DNA from: Octopus sinensis
Taxonomy: Eukaryota
Direction of reading: 5' to 3'
Assembly: GCF_006345805.1 (NCBI RefSeq)
Contig: NC_043020.1
Location: 29,574,001-29,638,000, forward strand
DNA length: 64,000 nt
The stretch's first letter is position 1. Each line of letters begins with the position of its first letter. The translations under genes and the position numbers were made by a program. A model generated the notes under the pieces. It did no database searches. It was not told where the DNA came from and saw nothing but the letters and a program-made list of their open reading frames with translations. Positions 1 to 12,655 of this stretch are shown here, in pieces.

Positions 1-133
1 TGTCAAAAATCACCAGGTCTCCTGTCCGGTGTACATTTTGTCACGATTGACATTAACTTGTCACATAAAAAATAACGGATATTTAAAAACTGTTAAAGCT
101 GTTCTTAAAACTATTAACCAACATATGTTTGGA

Positions 134-478
134 ATCATCATCATCATCATCATTTAACATCCGTTGTCCATACTGGCATGGGTTGGACGGTTTGACCAGG
201 GCTGGCAAGGCTGGAAGGCTGCACCAGGCTCCAGTCTGATTCGGCATGGTTTTCCACAGCTGGATGCCCTTCCTAATGCCAACCACTCTGAGAGTGTAAT
301 TGATGCTTTTATGTGCCACCAGCACGGGTGCCATTTACATGCCACCAGCAAGGGTGTCAATTTGCATGGCACCAATATCTGCCACGATTGCGACTTTCCT
401 CAGCTTAATGGTTCTTCTTCTCAAGCATGACATAATGCCAAAGATCTCGGCCATTGCCTCTGTGAGGCCCAACATATG
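134..478 (-). mobile_element. 5'-truncated RTE-type LINE: ORF C-terminus, 3' UTR and (TGA)n tail
   Basis: Minus strand reads a decayed LGLTEAM...DLWHYVMLEK, then the recurrent 3' region ggaagggcatccagctg...ccaacccatgccagtatgg...ttaaatgatgatga. It is homologous to 37945-38368, 20678-21040 and 26432-26750. Confidence 0.75.
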
Positions 479-551
479 AAAAAATATGAAGTTTTGATGA
501 AAGGCAGGTTGATATTAGAAGGGTTAATGAATTTCACTGTTAATTAGAAGT

Positions 552-744
552 TCTACTCTTCTCCTCTGGAAGCCATCTACTCACGATACCAGAGGGAACA
601 CACTCTCCTACCCTGATGTAATCTCCAGGGATACAGGCATCCAGCGACAGGACCGCCGTAATGCTATGATGGACCGTGAGGTCTGGCATAGCATAATAAA
701 TTCCATTGTCTCAACCACGGTTGAACAACAATGATGATGATGAT
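552..744 (+). mobile_element. 3' end of an RTE-clade LINE ORF with (TGA)n tail
   Basis: Translates STLLLWKPSTHDTRGNTLSYPDVISRDTGIQRQDRRNAMMDREVWHSIINSIVSTTVEQQ*, matching the RTE C-terminal LW.P...DTG...AM.DR..W pattern, and runs directly into tgatgatgatgat. Confidence 0.75.
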
Positions 745-1005
745 CCTGACACATTTTTGTTTCTTTGGGTCAGAATTCATAATTTCCTTCAGTCTAATAT
801 TGTTTTTCCCTCACCCCCAGATTTCTGCCTGGTTTCTGTAAGATTCTCTATATTAAATCTGTTACCATTAACTTACCTACCAATCCATTGGTCAGCCTAT
901 TTGTCTGTTTCACCCACATAAACATTTCTTGTTTAACACATAAAGCACGACAGGCCACGATCCCAGAACCTGGAACCATGTGGTTGGTTAGCAAACTACT
1001 TACCA

Positions 1006-1285
1006 TAGAGGCACATGGCCTAGTGGTTACAGCAGCGGATTCGTGGTTGTAGGGATCACGGGTTTGAATCTCAAAACACCTAAGCTCCACGAGGCTCTGG
1101 CAGAAGGTAATGGTGAAACTTCTGTTGACTCTTTTGCCACAACTTTCTCTCACTCTTTCCTCCTGCATCTTGCAGCTCACCTGCGACGGACAAGCGTCCC
1201 ATCCAGGTGGGGAACCTATACGCCAAGGAAACCGGAAAACCGGCCCTTATGAGCCAGGCATGGCTCGAGAAGGAACAACAAAACA
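1006..1285 (+). mobile_element. tRNA-derived SINE with V-domain-like body, nested in another SINE head
   Basis: A-box TGGCCTAGTGG, B-box GGTTTGAATC, body cctgcgacggacaagcgtcccatccagg, and AAC-rich tail. The 13-bp TSD aaactacttacca lies at 993-1005 and 1286-1298, and the split host SINE head spans about 945-1320 (-). Confidence 0.75.
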
Positions 1286-2174
1286 AAACTACTTACCACA
1301 CAGCCACTCCTGCACCTATATATATATATATATATATATTTCTAGTTTAATGTTCTTTATATTAAATACGCTAGCACTAATATCCCTATCTGTTTTACCA
1401 CAAATATTTTTTAAAAAACCCAGTTTTAGTGTTAATGCTCTCTACATTAAATATATTCTGACCCACTTAACTATTGTTTTTTGACCAGGCAGATGGTGTG
1501 ATGGTTTCTTGGTTATCTGTTTTTTCTATCAATCTGCCTAGGAACCTATCTACTCACATACACTGATAATAGAATCTCTGATAAGACAGGCTTTTTTTTA
1601 TTAAGTGTGTCAATAGGGCCTTCAAGGTATATTTTTAGAAGGACTTTCAGAATCTGGTACACCAACTGACGAAGAAACCAACCAACCACCCACAGCCTTC
1701 ATCTAATTATCTTTGCTACTAACCACAAATCAGTCACATGACAACCACTATCTGTACACATACCACCTCTGCCGCCACCACCACCACCACCACCATCGCT
1801 GTCATCACCACCATTACCATCATCACATCCATTGTCCCCATCAGTCACCAATCACCACCATCTGTACATCATAATGACTTATGCTTTATTGGATGTATCT
1901 GGAGTAAGAGGTTGTGGCCTTGGTCCTTTGCAGGTTCTCGGAGGCTGGTGAAATCGCTATGGTTCATGTGCTGAGAGGAATTTTCCAAAAGGATTTCCTG
2001 ATTATCTCAGTGGGAAGGACTAGGGGTGATGGTGGGTGCAGAACCTGGGAGGGTGGACATCAACATGTGGTATGAGAAGAGAAATTAATGGGGATGGTTT
2101 CAGATCAACCACCACCTCCACCATTGTCATGGCAGTTGCCATCACCATACTACTACTACCACCATCATTACCAT

Positions 2175-2765
2175 CAGCCGTTCAAGAATTTGGACTTGGA
2201 GATCTCCATTTCCAGCGACTTCAAGGGCCACCTCCCAGTGGTGTTGGGCGTCGATGAAGAGCCCTCGACTACAACAAGATGACCAAAGTTTTTTTTTCCT
2301 CCAAGGATCAGAATCGAAATCGATCAATGGAAATTGCAGATGTGTTACCAGTGCCGGTGGCATGTAAGAGAACTTTCCGTTTCGCGACCGTTGCCAGCAC
2401 CGCCCCGTTTCGTGTCCGTTGCCAGCCTCGCCTGGCCCTCGTGCCGGTGGCACATAAAAAGCACCATCCGTTCGTGGCCGTTTGCCAGCTCTGTCTGGCA
2501 CCAGTGCGGGTGGCACGTAAAAAGCACCCACTACACTCACGGAGTGGTTGGCGTTAGGAAGGGCATCCAGCCGTAGAAACACTGCCAGATTTGACTGGGC
2601 CTGATGAAGCCTTCTGGCTTCACAGACCCCAGTAGAACCGTCCAACCCATGCTAGCATGGAAAACGGACGCTAAACGATGATGATGATGATGATGATGTG
2701 TGTGGTCTCCCGCCCCTAAGCCCTAGACCATCACCTTTACCTGTCTTGTTGCTTAACAACAACAA
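2175..2765. repeat. Dispersed unclassified repeat, interrupted by an RTE-type 3' UTR copy (about 2305-2697, +)
   Basis: cagccgttcaagaatttggacttggagatctccatttccagcgacttc...ccctaagccctagaccatc recurs uninterrupted at about 27449-27690. Confidence 0.7.
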
Positions 2766-3062
2766 CATTCACCACCATCATTATTATCATCATCGCCATC
2801 ACTGGCACTGCCACCATTGCTGTCATTGTTGTTGCCATCGCTGTCATCGCCACCATCACATCCATTGTCCCCATCAGTCATCAATCACCATCATCCTTGC
2901 CTCCAGCATCCGTCAGCTTGCAAGGAAGGTTTTACCTTAATCACTCAACTTGTAAGAAATTGCAACTGAACTTTCCTCAAACACCACCTCACCGTCTTCA
3001 GAAATGGTCAAATATACAGAATTAACCGATGCTCAATATAATAGCAGACATGAAGACAACTC

Positions 3063-3522
3063 TTAGCATGAAAAAATGTTTCCGAAAGTCATGGAAGGAG
3101 CTGTGCTGTTTTCTGACTTTGTAAACATGTCCACGGGTGTTAGACAGGTGGAGTTTGAAAAGGTGCTCAGGTTATTGTTTGTAAGATGGTTAATAATTTT
3201 ATGGGTGTCTGCTAAGTCAGCTGCCAGATGTCGGAGTTTCAGTGTATCCATTCCCAGGGAAGTAAGGCATTTAGAATATGGCAAATGCCTGATGGAGGGT
3301 ATTCTCTTGGTTGCACATTGCTGAACAGTTTCCAGACGATTGATATCCTGGGCAAGATAGGGGTTCCAGACTGGTGATGCAAATTCCAGGTGAGGCCGCA
3401 CCATAGCTGTATAAAGTTTCAGATAGGATAGCTAGAGAGCGGCTCACAAAGGACTTGGTAAGTGATGCCAAGACACCCTCAGCCTTCTTGGCAATTTTAG
3501 CAATGTGTTTTCTCCAAGACAT
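3063..3522 (-). mobile_element. CR1/L2-like LINE fragment, C-terminal to the RT domain, frameshifted
   Basis: SWRKHIAKIAKKAEGVL...(frameshift)...VRPHLEFASPVWNPYLAQDINRLETVQQCATKRIPSIRHLPYSKCLTSLGMDTLKLRHLAADL matches the classic CR1 RPHLEY...VWSP...LE.VQRRATK motif. Confidence 0.85.
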
Positions 3523-4536
3523 GTGTGAGGTTTCAAATTATTTTTATTTTTGAGCTTTGCATTTCAATTTTAATTAGTTTGTGTCAACTTTTAAAATCCC
3601 TTTTTAATTCATAATTACCAGAAAAACATTAACTTCAAAATAGGCCCCAAACCACTCAAGGCTTTTAAACATAAATTAAGTTTCATACTTAATGTTCCGT
3701 GCCCCCCAACATGGTGCTGGAGATTTGACTAATCTCTTTAAAATCACATTAGGCAAAAAGTCAAGAAAGGAAACTTTATACTTTGGTAATTCATGTTTTC
3801 TCTAAAAAGCTTATCACAGCTTTTATCCCGTACAGATAACCCACATGTATACACACTCGCGTATGCATGTGCACATACGCACAACCATTATGTAAAACAT
3901 CGTATAGCATGTAAATAAACTAATTAATTAATTAATTAACATCCAAATGGAGAAATCTCTTTGCAGTCACACAAGCCAAGCCAACTGGGAACCTCTGCAT
4001 GGTTGCTCAGTTTGCTAGAAATAGCAACCGAAACTCTTTCAGTTTGCACCCTGATGTTCTGAATAAAGATGTCTTGGACAATGTAATTTCTGATACATAT
4101 GAAAGATGAGATGGTCATGGCAGGAATGCCATTGATCATAGGTCTGCTGAAATAGGAATTACTTGGTTGGTGAGGGAGGAATGGCTAAACAACAGCATAA
4201 ATTAATTTTATATAAGAAAATATTTCGGGCCTCACTGTAAAGTAATTTTGTGGTTATGTACCCCTGCCCCCCACTCCACCCATCATGTGACAAAAAGACA
4301 CAGGCCTGGCAACAGAAAATGGTTTTCTCATGAAAGAAAACTGAATCATATATATGTCAGATGGGAAGAAATCTGAAAAGAGACGCTGCGTAAGAAGCTG
4401 GCCTCCAGCACAAGAACAGGAGATTAACCTCATCGTCATTTCAAGGATGTCTTCAATAGAAACAAGAAGTGACTTAATATGAATGTCAAGTGTTTTGAGG
4501 GCATTGCATGCAACCATTCTAACTGCAACCAGGAAC

Positions 4537-4973
4537 TACTTATTTACTGAAGCCCTTTACTCTCTGTGGTACGTAGGCCATTGACGACTTTTCTCCACTC
4601 TTTTTGACCCTGAGCTGTCGTTTCTGCCCCCCTGCAGTTGGATCCCTGCTTTTTCACCTCTGCCTCAAGCCATTTTTGGAGTGTCTGTTGTTCAGCCTCT
4701 CTTGTGAGTTCATGTTTCCTCAACGAAGGGCCTTCCTCCTTCAAGTTTTGATGGTTTTGAATTGTCATTAATGCTTCTGTAATCTTGATTTTTGTTCTAG
4801 ATAGGAGCATTGGCCCTCCACAAAACCTGTTTTTACCCTCAGAAAGAGGTGGTCCATGTTAGTCTGGTTTCTATCCTTTGATCTGTCCAGCATGGAAATC
4901 CCTACTTGGAGCTTGCAGTCTGGTGACATAGCTCTAAGGGTCATTGAGGCATCCAATCCACCACATCACAAGG
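4537..4973 (-). mobile_element. Internally deleted non-autonomous RTE derivative (5' UTR joined to 3' end), copy 1
   Basis: Minus strand begins ccttgtgatgtggtggattggatgcctcaatgacccttagagctatg, resembling an RTE 5' UTR. It ends with the RTE C-terminus WLEAEVKKQGSNCRGAETTAQGQKEWRKVVNGLRTTESKGLQ* and a taagta tail. Confidence 0.65.
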
Positions 4974-6244
4974 ACTGAGCCTTTTGAGAGGAATTTAAAG
5001 GCAGAAGCTGAGGAAATCTAAGAGAACACCACCAAGGCTGGAATCGGACAACAAACTGTGGTTATACTGGGACAATGCTGTGGCCATACTGAAATCCCCA
5101 ACAAAAATATAAAGAAATCTTCTGGCATTAAGGTGGTGCTCCAGCATGGCAGCAGTCAAGTGAAAGAAACAAATAAAAGAAATTTTAAAAAGAAGTCTAT
5201 TGAAGGATTTAGTCAAACAAATGAACGTCAGGACTTATTTTTGAGTGTGGCAGTTTATTGGTCTCATTTGCTGAACCACTATGTTACGAAGACATAAACA
5301 AAATAACAATCAAATAATGGTAGCACACACACACACATGTGCATGCATGGGCTTCTTTCAGTTTCCATCTACTGAGTCTGCTTAAAAGGCTTTGGTCAGC
5401 CTGGAGCTAAAGTAAAAAACATTTGCCCAAAATGCCATGCAGTGGGATTGAACCAGGGACCACAGGGTTCAGAAGCAGACTTCTTAACTACACAGCCGTG
5501 CACACATCTAGGACATTAATATGCTTTTTCAATGTAAAGCCCCTACTGGAGCTTTGCCATGGAATGAGCTGTTGGCTTTTTTTATCTAAGAGCCAATGAA
5601 TTATATCTTCAAAAAAATCCTGAATTCACTCAGAAAATACAAAACAAACATCAAAGAGACCTGTATGTGGTCATTTGGTTTGCTGGAAATAGTAACCAAA
5701 TCTCTTACAATCTTAGCAAAAAAAAAAAAAAGAGGTCATATTAGATGTTGCAGTCTTATAAATCCTTATATCCTTAAAAGGGCGTGATGGTTGTTAATTG
5801 GAATGTCTCTGATCATAGATCTCAGCTGTGGCTGACCCTGGGCTAAATAATACCAGGGTAGACGTTGATAGAAATGGTAACTGATACAATTTCTACTGTA
5901 ATTGTTTGGAAGCAGTCCCCCCCACCCAACTGCACCCCACCCCACACTCACACACCTTTATCTTCTTAAAGCTGAGGTATCTTGGTTGAAACATCAAATC
6001 TATTTTAACACAGTCCAATACACACACACCATCGCCATCACCACCATCATCACCACCATCATCACCACCATCATCACCACCATCATCACCACCATCATCA
6101 TCATCATTGTCATAATCACTAGACATTAAATGATGATAGTTATGGTATGGGTGTGTGTGTGTATTAAATAGGTTAGTTTGATGTTGCAACTAATACATTT
6201 CAGCTTTGCAAAGATAAAGATGTATGTGTGTGTACATGTATGTA

Positions 6245-6278
<34 letters not shown>

Positions 6279-6406
6279 TTAGTTTGAACCAATGTCTCAA
6301 TTCTGTACAATCTGTGTGTGTGTGTGTGTGTACATTAGTGCATATGTTAGTATGTGTTTGTGTATATATGTGTGTGTATTTGTGTATGTATATGTGTGTG
6401 TGTATG

Positions 6407-6444
<38 letters not shown>

Positions 6445-6756
6445 TATGTATATATGTATATTATCCTTTTGTCAGAGGCAAAGACTACGCCCATGACCCA
6501 TTACGGGGCCTCTAAGAACAGAGGGTGGGAGTGGGGGAGGATGCTGTCTTCTACCCTTAAACCTGACACAAATACTTGCAACAAAGTGGACTCTACTGAA
6601 GGCATCTATGGTGCCTGGTGGTGATGTTAAACCAGCCACCAAGTGAAGACCCAGATCAGAGAGATTCGGAAAAAACACATACTGTAAGACAATCCCGTTT
6701 GGCATTTTTACAGTTCCGTCTGTTCACTTTGGATTGATATTTTTGTCTTCTCACCC

Positions 6757-6965
6757 TTAAAGCCTTTAGCATTCAGATTATTCTGTTAAATACTTATTCA
6801 TATTGTTTTGAGTTGGGCATTTCTTGTGGTTTTGGGATCTTGTTGATGTTCATTTTTAGAATGGCATTGTAGGGTAGGTGTGAGAGGCCAACCTTGGCTG
6901 GTTTGAACATAAAACAGATAGAATATTTGGGCCAGGTATGGCCAGTTTAAATGTTATGTGGTTAA
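6757..6965. mobile_element. TTAA-flanked MITE copy (same family as 29182-29398)
   Basis: Reverse-complement homology to 29182-29398 (ctttagcattcagatta...gtagggtaggtgtgagagg...ggccagtttaaatg...gttaa). Confidence 0.55.
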
Positions 6966-7158
6966 AGGCAAAGCTGACCTCAGCAGGAATTGAACCCGGA
7001 GTGTAGAGATTTGGAACAAATATTCTGAAGCCTTCTGTCCAACATCATCATCATCATTTAGGGTTCATATTCCATGCTGATGTGGGTTGGGTAGCTTGAT
7101 AGGATCTGGTGAGCCAGAGGACCAGGCCAAGCTCTGACACCTATTTTGACATGGTTGT

Positions 7159-7445
7159 GAAGGAGCGTGGCCTCATAGTTAGGGTATTTGGTTCACAGCC
7201 ATGAGAGTGTGAGTTCAATTCCTGGTGGTACGTTGTGTCCTTGAGCAAGACACTTCATTTCACGTTGCTCTGCTCTACTCAACAGGTAAAAGTGAGTCAG
7301 CCTTGTCACGCTCTGTGTCACACTGAGTCTCCCTGAGAACTATGCTAAGGGTACACGTGTCTGTGGAGTACTCAGCCACTTGCATGTTAATTTCACAATC
7401 AACCTGTTCCATTGATCGAATCCACTGGAACCATCATCATCATCA
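7159..7445 (+). mobile_element. tRNA-derived SINE (CORE-like body, CAT tail)
   Basis: A-box-like gtggcctcatagttagg, B-box gagttcaattcc, body gttgtgtccttgagcaagacactt, ending in (CAT)n. Confidence 0.7.
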
Positions 7446-7984
7446 TAACTGATGGAGTGCCATACTTTGGTGTGGTGGCCACTGTTGGATGTCCTTCCTA
7501 ACACCAACCACTTTCACAGAATGTACCCGGGGGGAGGGGTGCATTCTTTGTGGCAGCTGTGCCAATGAGGGTGTCGCTTAACACCCAACACTAAATACAA
7601 CCTTTACCCCCCCTTGACTGGGTGGGAGAATAGCAGAGAGGAGGAGGTTAAAATAGAAATGAAGGGGCAGAAACTGGATTTTTTGCTGTGCAGCGGGGTA
7701 TATGGCTATCTCACATGACATAGGAATGGGTGCGAGGGGGGGGGGGAATCAGGGTGGAGCTGGAAAGAGGGATAAAGGGGGTGATGACAAGGTGGATAGA
7801 AGATAGGGGTGGAGAGAGATGCTGGTAGAGGTGGATATGGTGAAAGGTGCGCATGGGGGTAGGGTGGTCGATGATAAATGTGAGTTGTAGAGAAGTAGAT
7901 AAGTCTGGGTAGAGAGAGATTAGTTTGGTGTTTCAGCTAATCTATCTCAGCTAGGTAAACATAAAGGTGTGCGTGTGGGTGGGT

Positions 7985-7985
7985 G

Positions 7986-8022
<37 letters not shown>

Positions 8023-8365
8023 GTACATGTGTATATGTATGTATGTATGTATGTATGTATCTATGTATGTATATATATATGTATGTATATATATATGTAT
8101 GTATATATATATGTATGTATATGTGTATATATGTGTATATATGTGTATATATGTATATATATATGTGTATATATGTATATATATATGTGTATATATGTAT
8201 GTATATGTGTATGTATATGTGTATATATGTGTATGTATGTATGTATGTATATATATATGTGTATATATGTGTATATGTGTATATATGTGTATATGTGTAT
8301 GTATGTGTATATATATGTGTATATATGTATGTATATGTGATTGTATATGTGTATATATATGTGTA

Positions 8366-8398
<33 letters not shown>

Positions 8399-8500
8399 CT
8401 ATACATATATACATACATGTATATACATATGTAGAAATATACATGTATAAACATACATGTGTATACACATACACACATGTATGCATGATTGTGTATGTAT
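7985..8500. repeat. Compound (TA/TG/CA) microsatellite
   Basis: About 500 bp of tatatg/tgtata/ca repeats, which produce the spurious ORFs at 7951-8486. Confidence 0.95.
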
Positions 8501-8767
8501 AGATATGTAATAAAAGATGGTCAGGCAGTTGTGAAAGGCATCATAACATTTATAAAATCGTTATACGGAAGTGAGTATAAATATAATTAAGCAGGAAATG
8601 AGGAAAGCAAGAGTTCATTGTGGTGCTTCGTAGACAGGTTGATATCCTGAAAGTTCACACTCGAATATCGTAGATAAAATCGAGGAGGATCTGGCTACTG
8701 CTTCGTAGTAGTTCTTTGTAAGTTGGTAGACATCTGGAGAGAGACATTCTTATGATGGACTGAGTTT

Positions 8768-8973
8768 ATTTTCACAGAGGGGCTAAACAAGGACAGACAA
8801 ACGGATTAAGTCGATTATATTGACCCCAGTGCGAAACTGGTACTTTATTTATCGACCCCGAAAGGATGAAAGGCAAAGTCGACCTCAGCGGAATTTGAAC
8901 TCAGAACGTAGCAGCAGACGAAATACCGCAAGCATTTTGCCTGGCGTGCTAACGTTTCTGCCAGCTCACCGCC
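8768..8973 (-). mobile_element. tRNA-derived SINE family B (Deu/Nin-like domain)
   Basis: Minus strand ggcggtgagctggcagaaacgttagcacgcc...gagttcaaattccgctgaggtcgactttgcctttcatcctttcggggtcgataaataaagtaccag; multiple near-identical copies occur in the window. Confidence 0.85.
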
Positions 8974-9116
8974 TTGCGAAAACATTACCTTGCTTTGAAA
9001 AAGACAAGGGTTGGCAACAGGAAGGGCACCCAGCTGTAGAGAATCGACCTCAATAAAACTTCATCCAACTCCTGCATGTATAGAAAAGCAGATGTTAAAC
9101 GGTGATACGCATACAT

Positions 9117-9505
9117 AGGTGCAGGAGTGGCTGTGTGGTAAGTAGCTTGCTTACCAACCACACAGTTCCGGGTTCAGTCCCACTGCATGGCACCTTGGGC
9201 AAGTGTCTTCTACTATAGCCTCAGGCTGACCAAAGCCTTGTGAGTAGATTTGGTAGACAGAAACTGAAAGAAGCCTGTCGTATATATATGTATATATATG
9301 TGTGTATTTATGTGTCTGTGTTTGTCTCCCCAACATCACTTGACAACCGATGCTGGTGTGTTTACGTCCCCGTTACTTAGCAGACCGATAGGATAAGTAC
9401 TAGGCTTACAAAGAATAAGTCCTGGGGTCGATTTTCTCGACTAAAAGGCGGTGCTCCAGCATGGCCGCAGTCAAATGACTGAAACAAGTAAAAGAGAAAA
9501 GAGAA
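9117..9505 (+). mobile_element. tRNA-derived SINE family A (CORE-like), near full length
   Basis: ggtgcaggagtggctgtgtggtaag (A-box), gggttcagtccc (B-box), gcaccttgggcaagtgtcttc, internal (TA/TG)n, and 3' end ggtgctccagcatggccgcagtcaaatgactgaaacaagtaaaagag. Confidence 0.85.
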
Positions 9506-12287
9506 ATACACACTACGATCAATACAGAATGTTAACACTTATTTTTATGTGTAGTTATATTTGTTATATGTAAAATAGTCAAAGACTAATTGAAAGCTCA
9601 CTCAATGTATTTAAGTAGATAATCATGTTTTTGTTGTTGTTGGTGGTGGGTTTTTTGTTTGTTACAAGAAAAAAAGTTTATAGAAATGCATAGAAAATAA
9701 TTTCAAGATCCTACCTGTGTGTTGTGATGGGGGAAACAATGGTTGCGTTTGAGGGCATATTTAATTATTTATTAATTATATATTAATTAGTAATAATTAA
9801 AAATTATACGGTAGCAGAGAGAGATAAACAAATATAGGATAGATGGAGCTAGATAGAGAGCTAGATATAGAGACAGATATGGATATAAGAAATAGATTGA
9901 TCTATTGATGAGATTGATTAATTGATAAAGTGCTTAATTATTTAATATAGGGAACATTAATATAAAGCTGGGAGTTTTTTGTATTTTTCAACAAGTAGCA
10001 GCGAGTTAAAAACAGATGAATAGATCTTATAGATTTAGTGGTAGTTCAAAGAGTGTGTGTGTATATCGTCATCATTTTAACATCTACTTTTCCATGCTTG
10101 CATGAGTCGGAGGTTATCGAGGTAGACTTTCTACAGCTGGATGCCCTTCCTGTCTCCAACCCTCACCTGTTTCCAAGCAAGGTAACATTTGCCCAAAGCC
10201 AGACATGTTCTCACAGAATATTGGAAATGAACAACACTGCTTGTGTAACAGTGACACTCATTTACAACTATTGCATGAAGACAAGATGATACATATATAT
10301 ATACACATACACATGCATATATATGTGTGTGTGTGTGTGCTAGCATCCACTCCCATGGCTTTCATTGGCCTACATACGTTTGCATTGAAGTGAAGGCTAC
10401 TGTGCACCGGCTTTTTGCTACCATTTTCTCCAAAATGTGTGGCTGATTTAACATAAGCCTTCACCACTAAGTATTACTAACAATTCATCTCTGTGGATAA
10501 TCTGACAGTTCTGTATGGTTCTGTCACATCTCATTAATCCATTTGTCTATAGATTAGTCTCACAAGAAAGGAACAAAGCCAAAGAATTAAAAGCTAAAAT
10601 TTTTCTATTGAAATGTTGGACCTTTGGACCTTCATACATTGAAACCAATAGGAGGGTCCACCAAACACACACACACACACACAACCACCACCACAACATC
10701 ATTTATTGACATCTCCTTTTCCATGCTGGCATGGGTTGGACAGTTTGACAGGAACCGATGTGCCTGAGAACTGTGCTGAGCTCCAATCTCAGATTCAGCA
10801 TGGTTTTTACAGCTGGATATCCTTTCCTAATGCCAACCACTCTACAGAGCATAGTTGGTGATTTTCTTGTGGCACCAGCACTAGTGAATTCCCCAAGTAG
10901 CTCACAAGACAATTCTCTTCGACTGAATGGACAAATGGTACTGGAGGTGTTGAAAGTATGATAGAGAGATAGAAACAGACATCTTGCTGATGAGGAGACA
11001 AATAGCATCTCCAGTGTGGTCAAGACGTTTATTTCCCAACCACATAGTTTCTGGGATCAGCCCCATGGCTTGGACAAATGTTTTGTTATATAGCCCTTGG
11101 ACCAGTGTCGTCCAGTGTAGCCCTGGACTGCCTAAAGCTTTATTAGTGGATTTGGTAATTGGAAAGACACTCGTTGTGTGCATGTCCTTGTTTTGGCAAT
11201 AGTTGTAAGAGGTTGTCTTTGTACAAGTGTTGTTGTTTGTGTTTGTTTGCAATCCTCTGTGGAAACATGTCTGACCATGAGGGGGGAAATACAACCTTTC
11301 TTTGAAACGGATGAGGGTTAGCCACAGGAAAAACATCCAGCCATAGAAAATCTATCTTGGCATATTCCATCTGACTGATGCAAACAAGGAAAAGAGAACA
11401 TTAAATCGATGATGATGATGGTGATGATTCTAAATGCAGGTCTATTGAGGGAGGGAGTATGGAAAGGGACAGGAGAAAGAGAATGGAATGGATTTGTGTT
11501 AGGGATTAGTGAGAAAAGGGGGGGGGCAGAGAGGAGGAAAGGTAATAAGGTGGGTTTGTACAGGTGCAGCTCAAGACTATTCTGTATTATAGATGTCTGT
11601 GGAATACTCAGCCAACTGTTAATTTCATAAGTAGTAGAAATTGAGTTTATTGAGTGACTGAATGCTTATTGTTGAAATCAACAAAGCCTCCATCAGTAAC
11701 AATAATATCACAGTTATGTTCAGATGATAACAAAGAGAGAGAGAGGAAGAGATAAAAAGAAAGAGAGAGAGAGAGATAGAAAGAAAGAGAGAGAAAGAAA
11801 AGAAGAAAAAAGAGAGAGAAAGAAGAGTCTGTTGACAGAAATGCTATTGGTGCTGTGTGTCTGTAAGTTGGTTTTTAGGAAAACTGTCTCAATTCCAAGA
11901 CTGCTGACACATTTTCTCTGTCTGAATATGGTAAATATATGCTGGAATTAAACAAGAAATATATATATATATATAAAAAAAAAATCAATGATATTATTGG
12001 ATTTGTATTTCCATAGTAATCATTCTTGAAATTTCTTTAAGAATGGTAAATGATAAATTGCTGGGAATTCCTTCAGAGGTTTGTTCTGAGATTAGTAAAT
12101 CTGTAGAGAGTGACTAAGCCTCTTCATCCCTGATGGGTGTGAATGGTGCCGGTGCTTGAGGTGACTGTTCAGGCCTAGGGTGGTACAGAAGAGCCAAGGG
12201 TCGGTAGGGGACATACTGATGATTTAGAAGTTTTACAGTATCCAAGAATTGAGGCCACTTCTCTTGTAGTATCTAAGAAATAATTCA

Positions 12288-12655
12288 TAGGAGTGGCTTT
12301 GTGGTAAGAAGCTTGCTTACCAACTACATGATCCCAGGTTCAGTACCACTGTGTGGCACCTTGGGCAAGTGTCTTCTACTATAGCCTAAGGCCAACCAAA
12401 GCCTTGTGAATCGATTTGGTGTATGTATATATGTATGTATGTGTGTGTATATGTTTGTGTGTCTGTTTGTCCCCCTAGCATCGCTTGACAACCGATGCTG
12501 GTGTGTTTATGTCCCCATAACTTAGTGGTTCAGCAAAAGAGACCGATATGATAAGAATTAGGCTTACGAATAATAAGCTCTGGGGTCGATTTGCTCGACT
12601 ATAAAGGCCGTGCTCCAGCATGGCTGCAGTCAAATGATTGAAACAAGTAAAAGAG
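12288..12655 (+). mobile_element. SINE family A copy
   Basis: Colinear with 9117-9505. Confidence 0.85.

Noticed and set aside
7951-8486. Long ORFs rich in Y/I/H/T or C/V/M/Y (also 6190-6624, 17533-17982, 31790-32461, 36198-36842)
   Set aside because: They are translations of TA/CA/TG microsatellites, open in several frames on both strands.
9117-9195. tRNA genes at A-box/B-box sites
   Set aside because: All such sites are SINE heads continuing into SINE bodies, and none gives a clean cloverleaf.
10986-11016. CTGATGA followed by a GGAGA/TCTCC hairpin (similar case at about 2601-2625)
   Set aside because: The GAAA box is missing, so it is not a hammerhead.
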